64,000 nucleotides of DNA from Podarcis melisellensis (taxonomy: Eukaryota). The notes beneath the pieces were generated by a model, which was not told where the DNA came from, did no database searches, and saw only the letters and a program-made list of their open reading frames with translations. The stretch lies in NCBI GenBank assembly GCA_964234715.1, contig OZ174283.1; one strand, written 5' to 3'. Shown in pieces: positions 11,969 to 25,124 of the stretch. The first letter of the stretch is position 1. The number at the start of each line of letters is the position of its first letter. A program made the translations under genes and the position numbers.

Positions 11969-13381
11969 TACAATACCTATATCCTGTTTTATAACCCTAA
12001 GAGACTCTTACAGCAGCATACAATCAAATTCTGCTATGGTTAACAGAAATAACATGGTGTCCTTATGGTGGCAGGATTATCTAGGTTGCATTTCCTGCCT
12101 TCATCCTTGATTCTCTTCACTGGTGGTTCCCTTTAGTCTTCAGCTATTAGGCAGCTCTTACTGCTATCCTGCGCTGGAAAGGAGTGGAGTCAAGCAGCTG
12201 GAACTCACAGTCCATAATGGAGAAGACATGTCTTTCTTGCCTCCTAGTTGCCAGGCAACAGCTCCCACCGATGCCCTCTGAGGAAATGGGGCTGAACAGC
12301 ACATTTTAATTACAATACAACATTGCAACACTGCAAAATTATTGTTATGAGTTTGTTGAGGGGGGTGCCAGACCCCTCTAATCCCTGGATCCAGCAAGTG
12401 TAAGGAATCTAATCAAGCCTTCTAATTCCAGGAAATAGCCAAACTAGTTTGTTGGTGAGGTGACTGGGGATTAAAGGACTTGGTGAATTGGGGCAGGGGG
12501 GGTGGGGATTCCCTAAACAGAAAAGGGCAGAATTGGTAGCAGAGGTGACAGTGATGTGGCCTAGAAGGAAAAGCAGCAAGTTGGAGATTTGAAACTCGCA
12601 AGATGTTATGACCACTTCAAGGGGTTTATTATTTCTTCCATTTTAGGATGTGATTTTTGGATCAGTACTCCAAGGACAGCGTACATCAACATATTTCTTC
12701 ATATTGTCAAGAAACAACAGATGGGAGAACTGTCCAGGATGCTTAGCCTACCATGGGTACCATATCACCACCTATTTATAGTCCAAACTATTGCCCCCTG
12801 GTGATGTTGCCATGGTGATAGAGGTCCAGATGGAAATGCATTTTACTGGGTCCCCTAAAAGAAACCGGTTTCAGTTGCCTGGCAACCAGAGGACATACTC
12901 TCCATCCTAAAGGTATTAGATTGGATGAAGGGCACAGGAACTGTGTGCTGATATTCTCAGGAATTAAATTTCTCAGAAAACAATGTTTCTTTGCTAGAAA
13001 TCAGCTGGAGCTAACTACAGCATTTAGTCAGTTGGTTCTGGAAAATTCCTCTCTCCGTTTATAGTGATTCCCTCTCTCCTTATGCTTATTCCTTTACACT
13101 GCATTCCCTTGTCCTCACTATCACATCCTATCAGTAAGTCTAGTCAAATTAGCGTCACACATTATGTTGAGGAGCTCTTTGCACATTTATCCATACTTTT
13201 ATAGAGACTCTGCCCAAGCTGACTGACTCCATGGATGGCTGCTGCAGAGGATGGCATTGGGGCAGGAGGTTGGCAGCAAGAGATAGGACTAACCAGCAAA
13301 ACCCTCAACTCTTGTTTCATCAAAAGCTATTGACTATGTGTCATTGGGATGTTGGGAGATATCATTCCTATGGCTAATCCA

Positions 13382-13448
13382 GAAGGAAGGAAGGAAGGAA
13401 GGAAGGAAGGAAGGAAGGAAGGAAGGAAGGAAGGAAGGAAGGAAGGAA
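13382..13448. repeat. (GGAA)n microsatellite
   Basis: About 16-17 perfect units. Confidence 0.95.
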
Positions 13449-13584
13449 AAGCAGCCACAGGGAAATGACACTAAAGCAGGCTAGAGAAACTATGTACAGG
13501 ACATTAAAAGTCTGCACAACTGGCACTTTTACAAGTGCCACATAACGTATATTCTACATTTTCAAGGAATCAATCCTCTAGGGT

Positions 13585-13860
13585 GGCAGCACCTATTCTT
13601 CTGGCACTCCCTGCCTAATTCTATTAGGTCTTCACTGTAAGGTTTTCAACACCTACTAAAAACTTATTTCTTTAGGCAAGCCTACCAGGACATGTAATTT
13701 TATTATGTGTGTTACAGTTGATTTTTATCAATATTCAACAGATTTTATTACGCCTACTTGTCTGTAAAGTTTGCTTGCATCATTTTCTTATGAATGGTTT
13801 ATATTGTTTTATGTAAGCTCCTTAGATGTTTCTCTGATTAGAAACCTTGCTAAATAAAGT
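13585..13860 (+). mobile_element. Old L2 3' fragment
   Basis: tggcactccctgcc...ctaaaaacttatttctttaggcaagcc followed by an AT-rich tail ending in aataaa. Confidence 0.5.
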
Positions 13861-14590
13861 GAAATGAAGAGGAGAATATCTGCACATTCTACGTGTTTTG
13901 GGGAAACATTTCTCCCTCCCACTCCCCTGAAAAGCCTGCTACTTTTCAGCAATTAACTGATCAGTTTCTTTCCAGAACTCTTGGCATGCAGTTTCTATAC
14001 TTGCACCAACTTATAGCAAAAATAAAAATAAAACCCTTTATAGGAAAAATAAGATGTACGAATGGCTCCTTTAGTTTCCTGTGCTGAGAGGCTATATTTT
14101 CCCAGTGTTCCTCTAACACTTGGACAGATCCCCAGAGCAAGTCACACTTTCTTATTAGACAAAAAGCATTTCAGACTGACTGGCGAGTTTTATGCCTTAT
14201 CCTGCTTGGGTTTTTTTTATTATTATTATTCCTGCTTTGTCCTTCTGACCCCAGCTTTGTTTGACATGCCCTTCAATTGCATCTCATCAACATAAAGCAT
14301 CCTTGCATTGCTGCTAGACACCCGCACATTGCAATAAGCCCTCCTAACTACAGATTGGCCAAATGTGTCACACAACAGCCTGTACCTACTCCTGCGTGCA
14401 ATGCAAGGCATGATTGCTCCCTGCTGGAATCGCCCCTCCTGCAATCATTTTGCTTTAGGTAAGAAGACAAAGTAGAAGAACGAGGTGGGGAGAAAGACGA
14501 AATCACACTCTAGTTATTTTGGGAACTCTGGAGATGGTAGCGATGTTGAACTTTGATTTATTAAAACAATTCTTTTATTCTTCTCCACAG

Positions 14591-14753
14591 AGACACATCT
14601 GGTGAGAGGGAAAAGGTTTTCCATGAACCATCGAAATGTGTCCAAAAGACATTACTGGGATGAATTGGGGACATTGAAAAGATTTTCTGTACCTTTTGCT
14701 ATTGACCACTTCCCTGAAAAAGGGTTTATTAGTGTTCCTAGGCTGTAAGAATG
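14591..14753 (+). other. Candidate 5'-UTR exon ending in ATG; an upstream candidate exon ends at 14458
   Basis: Acceptor ttcttttattcttctccacag ends at 14590; donor ATG|gtaaga at 14754; upstream donor ag|gtaaga at 14459. Confidence 0.35.
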
Positions 14754-15126
14754 GTAAGAACAACAAAATCTTCGGTAGTGGAAAAAGCTGAAATACTCCA
14801 GGCAAGCACACTGCAGAAGAAATAAAATGATTTGAGCCGTTCTGAAAGAAACAGATGAAAAATGACCCTCATGCAAGCGGCAAATTAGTCAGCAAAACGT
14901 CATCCCATTCAATGTCTCCTTGTGGTCAATAATCATTTATTTTATTGCTTTATTTTATTGCAAGCTGTTTCCAAGATGCTCAGCCACCCACCAGGAGTGG
15001 GTTGTTGGATCCTGAAATGCAGAGAAAACGTTGCTTCCACTGTATAGTAATTGAAACACACTAACCCTAAATCAATGGAGTTTGATCCTAAAGTCTCCAG
15101 CTCAGCTTGGACTCAGACTCAGAACC

Positions 15127-15294
15127 GAGGAACATAAGAGGGTTGAATTATACCAAATCAGACCACTGGTCCATCTACCTCAGCAATGTCTTCTCTGATT
15201 GGCAGTGGCTGTCTAGGGCATCAGACAGCCCTATCTAAAGATGATGATGATTGAGTCAGAGACCTTTTGCATGCATGACATGCACTCCACCACT
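15127..15294 (-). mobile_element. tRNA-derived SINE with CR1-type tail, degenerate
   Basis: Reverse complement of the family seen at 33290-33480. Confidence 0.6.
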
Positions 15295-15527
15295 CTAGTC
15301 GGTACAGTAATTTTGTGATGAGGCACTCATGAGGAGGCCTAGCTATCAACAAATCCAGGCCTTTCTCTGGACAACAGTCAATTCCTGATCCTCATTGCAT
15401 GGCTCTTAGTCACTCTCGGCAAGGGATGGGAGAATCTGCCCATTTGAATTTCTCTTCATTTCTCTTTTTTTCCAATCTAAAGTTTGGTTCTCCATATTGA
15501 CACATCAGTTTGCCTTCTTCATGTGCT

Positions 15528-15822
15528 TCCTCCATGTGAGGTCTGGAGGGTGGCAACATGAGAACAGGTCTTCTTTGTAGTGGTTTCCCATCTGTGAAAT
15601 GTTCTTCCCAGGGAGGTTCCTCTGGCGCCTTCACTATATATTTTTAAGTGCCAGGCAAAAACTTTCCTCTTCAACCAGCCCTTTGGCTGATAAATATACT
15701 ACAGCCTTTTAAATGTGTCTGTGGGAAGGGAGGATTGTATATTGTATTTTATTCTGTGAACCACCCTGAGATCTTATGATGAAGAGTGGTATAACAATTT
15801 AATAAATAATAAATAATAATAA
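15528..15822 (+). mobile_element. L2 3' end
   Basis: gaggtctggagggtggcaacatgaga...ccaggcaaaaactttcctcttcaaccag...gtgaaccaccctgag followed by (aat)n tail. Confidence 0.75.
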
Positions 15823-17204
15823 TTCTTTTTAATCTTTAATTTGAATTTTACCTAACATACTTTGTATGCAGTTTTCCCTGATTTACACATTTTTTTCAAA
15901 GCAATTTCCCCAACAAATTTCAACCTTCCATATACTTGGCATTCTATGGCCTGGACTTGATATGATGCTGCTGTAATGTAAGCCACAAATTGTAACCATT
16001 GATAGAAACACAGTGTGCTGATGGTGACCAACAAATGGCTCAGTCAATATATGGATGAACAATGGCCAGAATAAAAGTCTTTCTGGATCTTCCTCTATAA
16101 TCATAACAGAGTACCATCCATGCTCTATTGCCAGCAGAACACCTTCCACATTTAATGGTAACAAGGATTCTTTCTAGACGAATAAATTTGGACCCACCCA
16201 AACATTTTCAGAGTGGAATTCAGAAACTCTCTCCATCTCTTGTTTCTTTGAAGAGAACTTGTTAGTTTCAGGTTCAGTTTTAGCCAAGCTCCTAATAGAT
16301 GTAATCCCTTAGCTCTGCGCTAAAAGGGCAACATTAAGGGCAAGACTGTGTTGTGTATATTTTCTGTGTAAGACCTTTAGCCCTCCAGATGTTGCTGGAC
16401 TCCAACTCCCTGCAGCTCTAACCATCACGGCCAATGGACTGGAATGATGCAAGTTGCAGTCCAACAACTTCTTGAGGACAGCAGGTTATCCCTAATCTAA
16501 GGGGTCTGTCTGTAGCTGATAAACTCACACTCTAAAAAGCACAAGGTTGTTTTTATTGGACTAAAGACCAAAGAAGAAATAGCAAAATAGCCTGGCATCA
16601 CACATGGCTGAACAATTCTAATATGGCTAATGACACTGATTAAATATTCATTTTTATGAAAGGCATTCATTATGTCCTTCGTCTAATAAGCTGTTCACAC
16701 TTAGCACTCATTGCAGAGTTCCATCACTTACAGTGCATTGGAAGACTCATAAAATATTTAAGTGCTGTCATCATATTTTGGGCACCCTCTGCTGACAATG
16801 TATGACAAGCATCATTTCTGAGCAAAATAATCCGGTTTGAGCCACCAGGCAAGGGCTGTAGGCAGTAATGCTACAGAAGATGATGAAAGGCAAGAAATAG
16901 CATTGTCTTCAGTGAAAATAGCTTGGCTTCTCCCCCACCCCAGCCCTCAACTCACGCCAGCCATTTATTTAAAACTTTGGCAAGCAAGAATTGGGTGAAA
17001 CTACAGAGAACACTGCCATATAACACAAGCCTAATGTAACTGGATCCTAGTACATTGGCTTATTTGTTTCCTCTAGATCCCCTTTTTGTTTTTTTCAGCT
17101 TTTTATTTGTTGGTTGTCAATGACTTCTGTTTCAGAAGCCTTCTAAACAACTAGCCCTTTTCATGCCTTTAATGTCTAGGTATCTGAGACTTTGAAGATG
17201 GTGC

Positions 17205-17435
17205 AGCAACCTTCCCCATTCTCATATATTTTGGACAGCTCTAGTCATCCCTGATCATTGGCCATTCTGTCTGGGGTGATGGAATTTATACTCTAAAACT
17301 TCTGGAGGACAAGGCTTCCCCACCTTGGTGTCCTTCAGATATTCAGGACTCCCATCAGCCCCAGCCAGCACGGCCAATTGTCGGGGATAATCGTAGTCCA
17401 GAACATCTGGAAGTCACCAGAGTGAGGAAAGCTGG
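17205..17435. mobile_element. Two adjacent degenerate palindromic hAT MITEs
   Basis: Two consecutive cttcccca...ctgga...gg cores carrying the actcccatcagcccc...gtagtcca motif. Confidence 0.55.
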
Positions 17436-18449
17436 TCTAGCTGTGCCTTCACCTCAGTTCAACTTGTATATCTGTAAATAAATGTGGATACCACAAAATG
17501 CCAATAAGCCTCCAGGTACCTCCTGTTGAAGTCAAACTAAGTACGTTTTAATAGTTTTATTTTATGGATGTAAGTCACGTCAGTAGGGCTTACTCTCTAT
17601 TAAGCATGTCTAAGATTGCAGACTGGGGACGGGACGGGACTTCTGGTGACTTTATGTGATGTCAAAAGCAAATATGACAACCCAGCCTAACAAATCAGGC
17701 ACAGAAGCCCAGTTTGGGAGACCATGAAAGTCTGGACAGCTGTGAAAACTGTGTGAGCAACTCACTTTAAATCTTATATGTCTACTTTCTGGAATGCTTC
17801 CTCCCTTCCAGTGCCAAATGGCCTTTTGGATTTCCTCAAGTGTTTCCATGATGTCTCACTCACTGGAACGTCAGTCTATAATAAGGGTCTGCAGATCTGA
17901 CTACCAAATACAAACATTAAATTATATATTATTGTCTGGTCTCTGGCTAAGTTCTTGTTAGCCCCAGCAACCAGGAAATGTTGCTTAAATCACAGGTCAA
18001 CAGGCTGAGGAAAGGAAAACTCCTTCCTTTTTGTGCACTATGACAAACACTTTCTATTTTCTGAGCAAGAATACATTCAGTTGTGCAGTAAGGCAACAAT
18101 CCCTTGTGGTTGAATGATTTGTTGAAGTGGAAAATTTTATTTAGCTGCATTTGGGTATGAGTCTCCTGAGTTTCCACACAGCAATTAAAGCAATACCAAA
18201 AAAAGAAAGAAAAAAGAATCATCTTTATCCATGGGGCAAATTTCCAACACCTTTTCTGCACCTTGGGGGCACTTGAGGACTAAACTACAGCAGCCAAATG
18301 GATATTTTCAGATTTGTTTTACCTTCATAGAGTTGAACAGATGCAGGCATAATGGTGCAACTGTGTGCTCAAGAAAGGATGATCAGCAATGGTTTTCCTG
18401 AGCTTCAGAACTGACCACCAATCTCACAAAATTGCATCTTGGGTTGGCA

Positions 18450-18925
18450 ATAGTGTTGGGGGAGAAAGTTGATTCAGCTCACACTTAAAATAACACCTAA
18501 TCTGCATTTTCTGAAACAATATGTAGACTAAAACACAGTCTTTCTTTGAAATTCACATTTAAATGAAATTTGCAACCAGTCCTCCTGCCAAGTAATATGC
18601 ATGAAAATGCATATATAGTAGGGTAAAATGTGCCTAAAAATGCATATATCTGTGAAAATACAAAATGCAATATATTAGAAGGAACTGCTTTGCAAAATTG
18701 TGTCTGTCAGGCAAAATTGTATACAAATATATTGGGATAAATTCTTGCTAAAATGCTGATGAGGTTTGTTTTGTTTTGTTGGGGGGGGAGAATCACAAAC
18801 TGATGTGTAAATGCGAAGCACTGGACTTAATACGGGAGAAATGAGAACCCGAGAGAACCCGAGACATGAAAAATGAGAAACCGGGAGTGACATCAGAAAC
18901 AGAGACAGTGATGCAACCCCATGAC
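18450..18925 (+). mobile_element. AT-rich non-autonomous DNA element (tagggatg-terminus family)
   Basis: Homologous, in reverse orientation, to 45838-46306; internal aaaatgcatata repeats. Confidence 0.6.
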
Positions 18926-19408
18926 CCTTTGACCATGTGGAGATATTTCATACAGAATAGCATGTGAAGAGGGCTGTAATTCTATGCAAAAGTGATCACA
19001 ACAAGTGACGTGAGGTCACAGCTCAGTAAGGAGAACACAGTTTGCGGGCAAAAGTTCCCTGATTCAACCCCAGGCATCACCAGGCTTGTAAGTTTACACC
19101 AACCATTGTAGACAATACTTTACTTAGCTAGTTGGGTGGACAGTAGCAGATGTTGGACTTGGGAGAAGGTGTTTACCTAACCTCCAGACAGGTGAGTCAC
19201 TGTTTGTTCTGGACAGGAGGAGACGAAGGGGAGGCTGTGTGTAGGGCAGTGCAGTGCAGTGCAAAGACACTGGCAGGAGCACCAGGTTGGTTTCACTGGT
19301 TCATTTGCACCACACTGACCTATCTGCCACCTCCCCTATCCCACCCGGAAAGCAGCAGCATCTCATCTGCCAGGAGATCTGGTAAGAGTTTGAAAGAGAG
19401 CCTGAATG

Positions 19409-20084
19409 GGTATTTAAATATACCTTTCTGAAGAAACCAGAAGCCTTTCTCCTGGGCATAGTCGGCCAATTGGTGCCAAAGAGGGATAGAGCTTTCTTCA
19501 TGTATGCAACAAGAGCAGCAAGAATACTTATTGCAAAGTATTGGAAGACACAAGATCCACCCACCCTGGAAGAGTGGCAGATGAAGGTGATGGACTATAT
19601 GGAATTGGCGGAAATGACTGGCAGAATCCGAGACCTGGGAGAAGAGTTGGTGGAAGAAGATTGGAAGAAATTTAAAGACTATCTGCAGAAACACTGTAAA
19701 ATTAATGAATGTTAAAATGATGTTGGATTGAAAATAAGTGGCATTAGCAACAAAGTTAATAAGAATATGCAAAAATGAATTGATAATGGATGAAAATATA
19801 GTTATAATATGTTAAGATAAAGAGTTAAGATAAATGAAAGAGGGTAAGGATTTGCTGATTTGATTATGTAAATGGGAACACAAAAAGGGGAGGTGTGAGG
19901 AGGTCAAGGAAACAAGCTAATGAGTTTAAAGTTATAAAAAATTGATCATTAATTTTTTTCTTTTTTTTCTTATTTTTCTTATTTTTCCGTTTTTTGTATT
20001 TTTATTTTTATTTTTAATTTTTTATGGATTTTTGTATTTATGTCTTTGTAAAATCTTAATAAATATTCTATAAAAAAGAGAGAG
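19409..20084 (+). mobile_element. 5'-truncated L1 (ORF2 C-terminus, 3' UTR and tail)
   Basis: Open frame VFKYTFLKKPEAFLLG...AARILIAKYWK...EEWQMK to a stop at 19715; aataaa and A-tail; 14-bp TSD agagagcctgaatg (19395-19408 and 20085-20098). Confidence 0.92.
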
Positions 20085-20675
20085 AGAGAGCCTGAATGCT
20101 GGTGGGAGACAGCTTAGAGAGTCAGTTGGAGTGTGAGTTGGGAGTCGAGTGGTAGTTGGAAATTCACGTGATCTAGGTTAGATTACTGTGACACATTAGA
20201 TGTGGAGCTGTCACTGAAGGTGGTTTTTTAAAGTTCAGCTGGTTCAAAATTCACTGACCAGGTTGCTCACTGGGGCAAGACGGTTTGAGCATATAACACC
20301 AATCCTGGTCCGACTGCACTGGCTGCCAGCTAGTTTCCAGGTCCAATTCAAAGTGTTGGTTTTGACCTATAAACAGCTCAGGACTGCAATACCTGAAGGG
20401 CAACCTCTCCCCATATGAAACAACCCAGAGCCTGCAACAATCACCTGAAGCCCTTCTTCAAGAGGTCTGGAGGGTACCAACATGAGAATGAACCTTTTCT
20501 GCAGTGGCTCCCCACTTGTGGAATGCTCTCCTCTAGGAGCCTTATCTATCTGGTGCCTTCATTACATAGCTTTGGACCCCAGGCAAAACATTTATGTTCT
20601 CCCAGGCCTTTGGCTAATTAAACAATGTAAGGCTTTTAAAACTGTCGGAGGGGGGATTATTGCTTTTGTTTATTA

Positions 20676-20745
20676 TATGTGTTATGTTATGTGTTATGTT
20701 ATGTTTTATGTTATGTTATGTTATGCTATGCTATGTTATGTTATG
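20676..20745. repeat. (TTATG)n microsatellite at the BovB 5' junction
   Basis: Directly visible. Confidence 0.9.
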
Positions 20746-21103
20746 GTGCTGGAGGAGACTCTTGAGAGTCCCATGGACTGCAAGAAGATCAAACCTCTCC
20801 ATTCTGAAGGAAATCAGCCCTGAGTGCTCACTGGAAGGACAGATGCTGAAGCTGAGGTTCCAATACTTTGGCCACCTCATGAGAAGAGAAGACTCCCTGG
20901 AAAAGACCCTGATGTTGGGAAAGATGGGGGGCACAAGGAGAAGGGGACGACAGAGGATGAGATGGTTGGACAGTGTTCTTCAAGCTACTAATATGAATTT
21001 GACCAACCTGTGGGAGGCAGTGGAACACAAGAGTGCCTGGCAGTGCTCTGGTCCATGGGTCACGAAGAGTCGGACATGACTAAACAATTAAACAACAACA
21101 ACA
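20741..21103 (+). mobile_element. BovB (RTE) LINE, 5'-truncated
   Basis: LWCWRRLLRVPWTARRSN...YFGHLMRREDSLEKTLMLGK...RWLD; (caa)n tail. Confidence 0.95.
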
Positions 21104-23109
21104 ATGTTATACATTTTTGTGTTTTTATATTGTGTAATTCACCCCATGATCCCCAGATGAAATGCAATATCGAAATTCAACAAACAAACAAACAAATGTG
21201 GACAGGGAGTATTTTGATAACAGCAGTGTTGACGTAACACATTAGAGTCAGCAGTGTTATAAGTGATTATTCAATTATCCAGTAAGAACCAGTATCCAAT
21301 ACGAAAATATAAAACTGAAGCCATATGCTTCTTTATAGTAAGTGATCATAAAACCTTTCATTATTTCTGTTTCAATAAATTATTGCATCATACACATATG
21401 CCTATTGAGTGATTAAGCTAGAAGTGGCTGATGGTCAGGCACTTGGTATCTGTGGTGGCAGCAGAAACAATGGGAGTTTTAAAATACCCATCAGAAATTC
21501 AGCTCATGGTTGTACAGCTCACAGAGAGTGTGGTATTGGGGAGCTGAGGTGAATCTCTGGATAGTACCAGAAATGACATAGCTGAGCGAGTTACGGCACA
21601 GCAGTTGCATTTGGCCAATGTTGAGATACTACCCCCTGCTTTCAAGTCTTGCTGTGAAGTCCTGCCCAAAGCCCACCCAAATCTCTCTCCCCTGTCCCTT
21701 AATGAAATCTGATAAACCCCCACACCACCCCCAGAATCTTATGAAAGCACCTTCAGCCTTCCCTTGGACCTCTGCAAGAAAACCAGCAGGGTTCCTGTTT
21801 GTGGCAGTTTTATCAGATTTCATTCATTTCAGCTTTCTAATCTCCCCCCCCCACCAGCCTAAACTACCACATCATTTGGAGCATTATTTCTTGGGAATAG
21901 GTTCCCCCCGCTCCACAGTTTTGGTCTCTTGCTGGCAAATCTGCCACAGAAGCAGCAGCGAGCATTATATCAGGCTCTGTGAACCTGAGATTTTCAAGAT
22001 ATGGCAATGCAGAAGACCTACAATTGCTTGTTATTATAGAAAGATCAAAGCCCCCTCTGTTATACATAAACGCAGCAGGGTTACGTGCGCAAGATGGAGG
22101 CGAATTACAATTTCTTTGAGTTCCTTCTGGATCTGACTGTGCATAAGTCACTTTGTGAGTCAGAGGAGTCACATAAATATAACTGGGAGAGGAACAGAAG
22201 ACAGAGGGGACTCAGCTTCATTAATTAAAAACGTTAAGGTCTCTTTGCAGCGTATTATTAACATCTCCTCTGGAGCAGCTAGTGCAAAAGCAGAGATGTG
22301 ATTTGCAAGATGACTCCAGTGCTAACATTTATTATATCTAAATAGAGATCCCATGTCTGGCTCAGATATTTATGGGGCTCCAGCAGCCATGGTCAGTGAT
22401 CGTCTCATACTTGCAAATGAGTTATTCTCACAACAACCCTGTGGAGCAGAGAAACAGTATCCTTGTTTGGACAGGTGAGAAACTCCCTGTCCAGTCAAAG
22501 GTCATACAAGTTGCCAGTGACACAGAAGGCAAATGACTACAAATCTTCCTATAGCAAGCCTACATCATGCTTGCTCCATCTGTCCTTACCCATATCACTC
22601 AGAAAATTGCTACTCCTGCCCTGATGGATGTAGGTGGGTGTTCTTCTGCAGCCTTTTATAGACTGGAGGTCAGTTTCTTCCCCCTGCTGATTCCAGGTCA
22701 GCCCTGCCAGTTGGTGTGCTCAAAGAGAAAAAAGATTTTGTATTCTGTTCAGCTCTCGTCCTCCCCACCAGTTATCGCCTGGTGAGAAGAAGTTACCCCG
22801 TCTTGCTACCAAACATATGCTCATGCCCTGGAGAAGAACATAATAGTAATAATTGTGGAGACTTCTGCTGAAGTTCAGGCTAGAATTCCCATGATTGACA
22901 ACCTTTCAAGGTTTAAACTGCTACGCTGTCCTCCCATTCACCCCTGAAAGAGGCATGACAGTTGTCAAAAACACTATAAAAAAGCACAGCTGCCATTCCA
23001 AATATCCTGCCTCCAGGCCTGCAAACTTACCTCGGACAGGCAGCAGGAACATTTGCAGCAGGGATTAGATCTACAGGTGCTTGAAGAACTCAAATAACCC
23101 CTGTTTAAA

Positions 23110-23460
23110 AACAGCTGCAGTGGTTACCAGCTCATTTCTGGGCCCAATCATTAGCGTTTAAAACTCTAACCAACTGTCTCAAGCTCTACCAAACTTCTCA
23201 GGTGTTGAGATCTACAGAGGGCTGTTTCCTAGTAGTTCTGTCACCCTCAGAAGTGTGAGGAATAGGGGCCTGGGAGAAAGTTTTCTCTGTGGTGGCTCCT
23301 AGATAGTGGAACTCCTACCAGACAGAGGTGCGCCTAACATCTTCATGGAACAGCCGGTGTGATATGCTGAAGACACACCTCTTTACATTGGCCTTTGAGA
23401 GTCAAGGTCAATTATGTGTTTTATAATTGCAATGATCTTGTTTTTATAATGGTACATTCT
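23110..23460 (+). mobile_element. Degenerate L2 fragment
   Basis: cagtggttaccagctcatttctgggccca...tctgtggtggctcctagatagtggaactc...aagacacacctcttt. Confidence 0.6.
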
Positions 23461-23461
23461 A

Positions 23462-23542
23462 TGTTCAGTTGGTTAGAGCATGGTGCTTATAACACCAAGG
23501 TTGCAGGTTGAATCCCTATAAGGGACAGCTGCATATTTCCTG
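23462..23542 (+). mobile_element. tRNA(Ile)-derived SINE head
   Basis: cagttggttagagcatggtgcttataacaccaaggttgcaggttgaatccc continues into the SINE body gggacagctgcatatt. Confidence 0.7.
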
Positions 23543-23589
23543 AACGGAAAATACGGTAATATAGTGCAGCTGACTTTCAGGGTTGGTGT

Positions 23590-23690
23590 TTTGTGCAACA
23601 AGCACACAGAGTGTAATGAGATTGAGTGTTTGTGGGGGGAGGGAGGCTCGGTTAATTTCATTGTACACAGGTTGTACATTGACAATAAAT

Positions 23691-23720
<30 letters not shown>
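23590..23720 (+). mobile_element. Rex1/Babar-like 3' end with (ATT)n tail
   Basis: aatttcattgtacac...tgacaataaa followed by (tat)n. Confidence 0.55.
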
Positions 23721-23723
<3 letters not shown>

Positions 23724-25124
23724 CCTCAGGGTCCCGATCCTATTGTTGCAACCTTATGGTAATGGCTGGGTAAGAACTCTTATAAATAAGTAAGGCCCAG
23801 AATGCCCATCAAGGGAGCAAAATTCAAGGTCCAATTCCACCAGGTACTCTGGGACTTGTAATTCCAGTTTCAGTGGGGGAAAATGTTACAACAATTGCCC
23901 ACTGCTGCCACCTGCCACCAGGCATGGTGTTTCTGGCAAGGAAGATGGCAGAGGAGAAGCAGCAATCTATGCCAATCTCAATGCTACTTGCTAAAATCCA
24001 AATGCTGTCGTATGCAAGCAAGCCCTGTTTGAATTAGGAACACCTAATGCAGTTCTATCTTCCAGTCATTGATTCTCCTGACAGAGGCAGGGGGAATGAG
24101 TGCTTGACCCACAACAGCTTGTGATTCAAGCCATGCTGCACCCAACTCAAAGTTATGTATTAGAGGCAAATCAAAATGTCCTTGTAGATCAATCCTGAAG
24201 AATGGCCAACCATGCAGCAGATTTGACAAAAGCGCCATTGGCTTCATTTTCCGAAGCAATGGGGGCGCTGCCAAGTCATATGCAGCATCCTTGCCAGGAA
24301 GCTTGCAAGTTTTCATGCCGAAAAATTACAACACTCCCAAACATTTTCCTCCTGCTCTTTTGGCAGGTGGTTGGTGGCCCTTTCCCAGCCATTCCAAGTG
24401 ACTTCCTCGGTCTTAGAAAAGATTATTGCTTGAAAACCACCTCAGTGTATTTGCAAGTCTTTCACCAAATCACTTTCATTATGTGAATAAGATGCTAATA
24501 TGGAAATGTGCAAGGAAAACATATTTTGACACATTAGCACATTTGGAAGCCAACACAGTCCACATTTATCATCATGTTGCTGTACAACCCCTGAGGAAAG
24601 TATGAGTGAAATCATGAGTGATGGAGAAGTGAGAGAAGAAAACAAAATATTAAGCTACAACCTCTTTCATATGCTACGGGTGTCTGTTAAGTGTCGGTAG
24701 CAGTGTAGTGGTTTCTGAGGTCACCAGGCTAATTCTGGAGAGATGCATTGTATTTCTTATTTAGATTATAGCAATTATGTCTAAATTTGCATCTAAGCAT
24801 ATAAATGATGTGAATTTTATGCAAATCTGTGCCCATTTTAGTCCTCTCTCTTTTTTGGTGACGTTGCATTTCCTTTTCTAATTTTAGAGATGCATAAGTA
24901 GCCACCCTAACAAGCAGAATGGAAGAAAACAGCAAACACTTCTACACGGCAGCAGATATGCTGTCTGCATCAAATCCTCAGAGAAAGATCTGCAGCTTCA
25001 ACAAACATTCAAATTACTATCTCTCTCAACCTCTTCCTCCCTCAAACAGCAGAACTGCAATTTGGATGTGAATGCACACACATACACTTGCCCCTTCTCG
25101 ATAGCTGGGGTGGAGTCCTCTATC

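Larger units (their letters stand above)
20170..21195 (+). mobile_element. L2 3' region interrupted by BovB
   Basis: SRLDYC and LHWLP..F.VQFKVLVLTYK motifs; the L2 tail resumes after 21110. Confidence 0.8.

Noticed and set aside
23025-23112. Minus-strand micro-exon with a strong donor (gag|gtaagt)
   Set aside because: Weak acceptor, no recognisable peptide, and no partner exons.
23462-23535. Apparent tRNA-Ile gene
   Set aside because: Acceptor stem and T-loop are broken, there is no Pol III terminator, and it runs into a SINE body.
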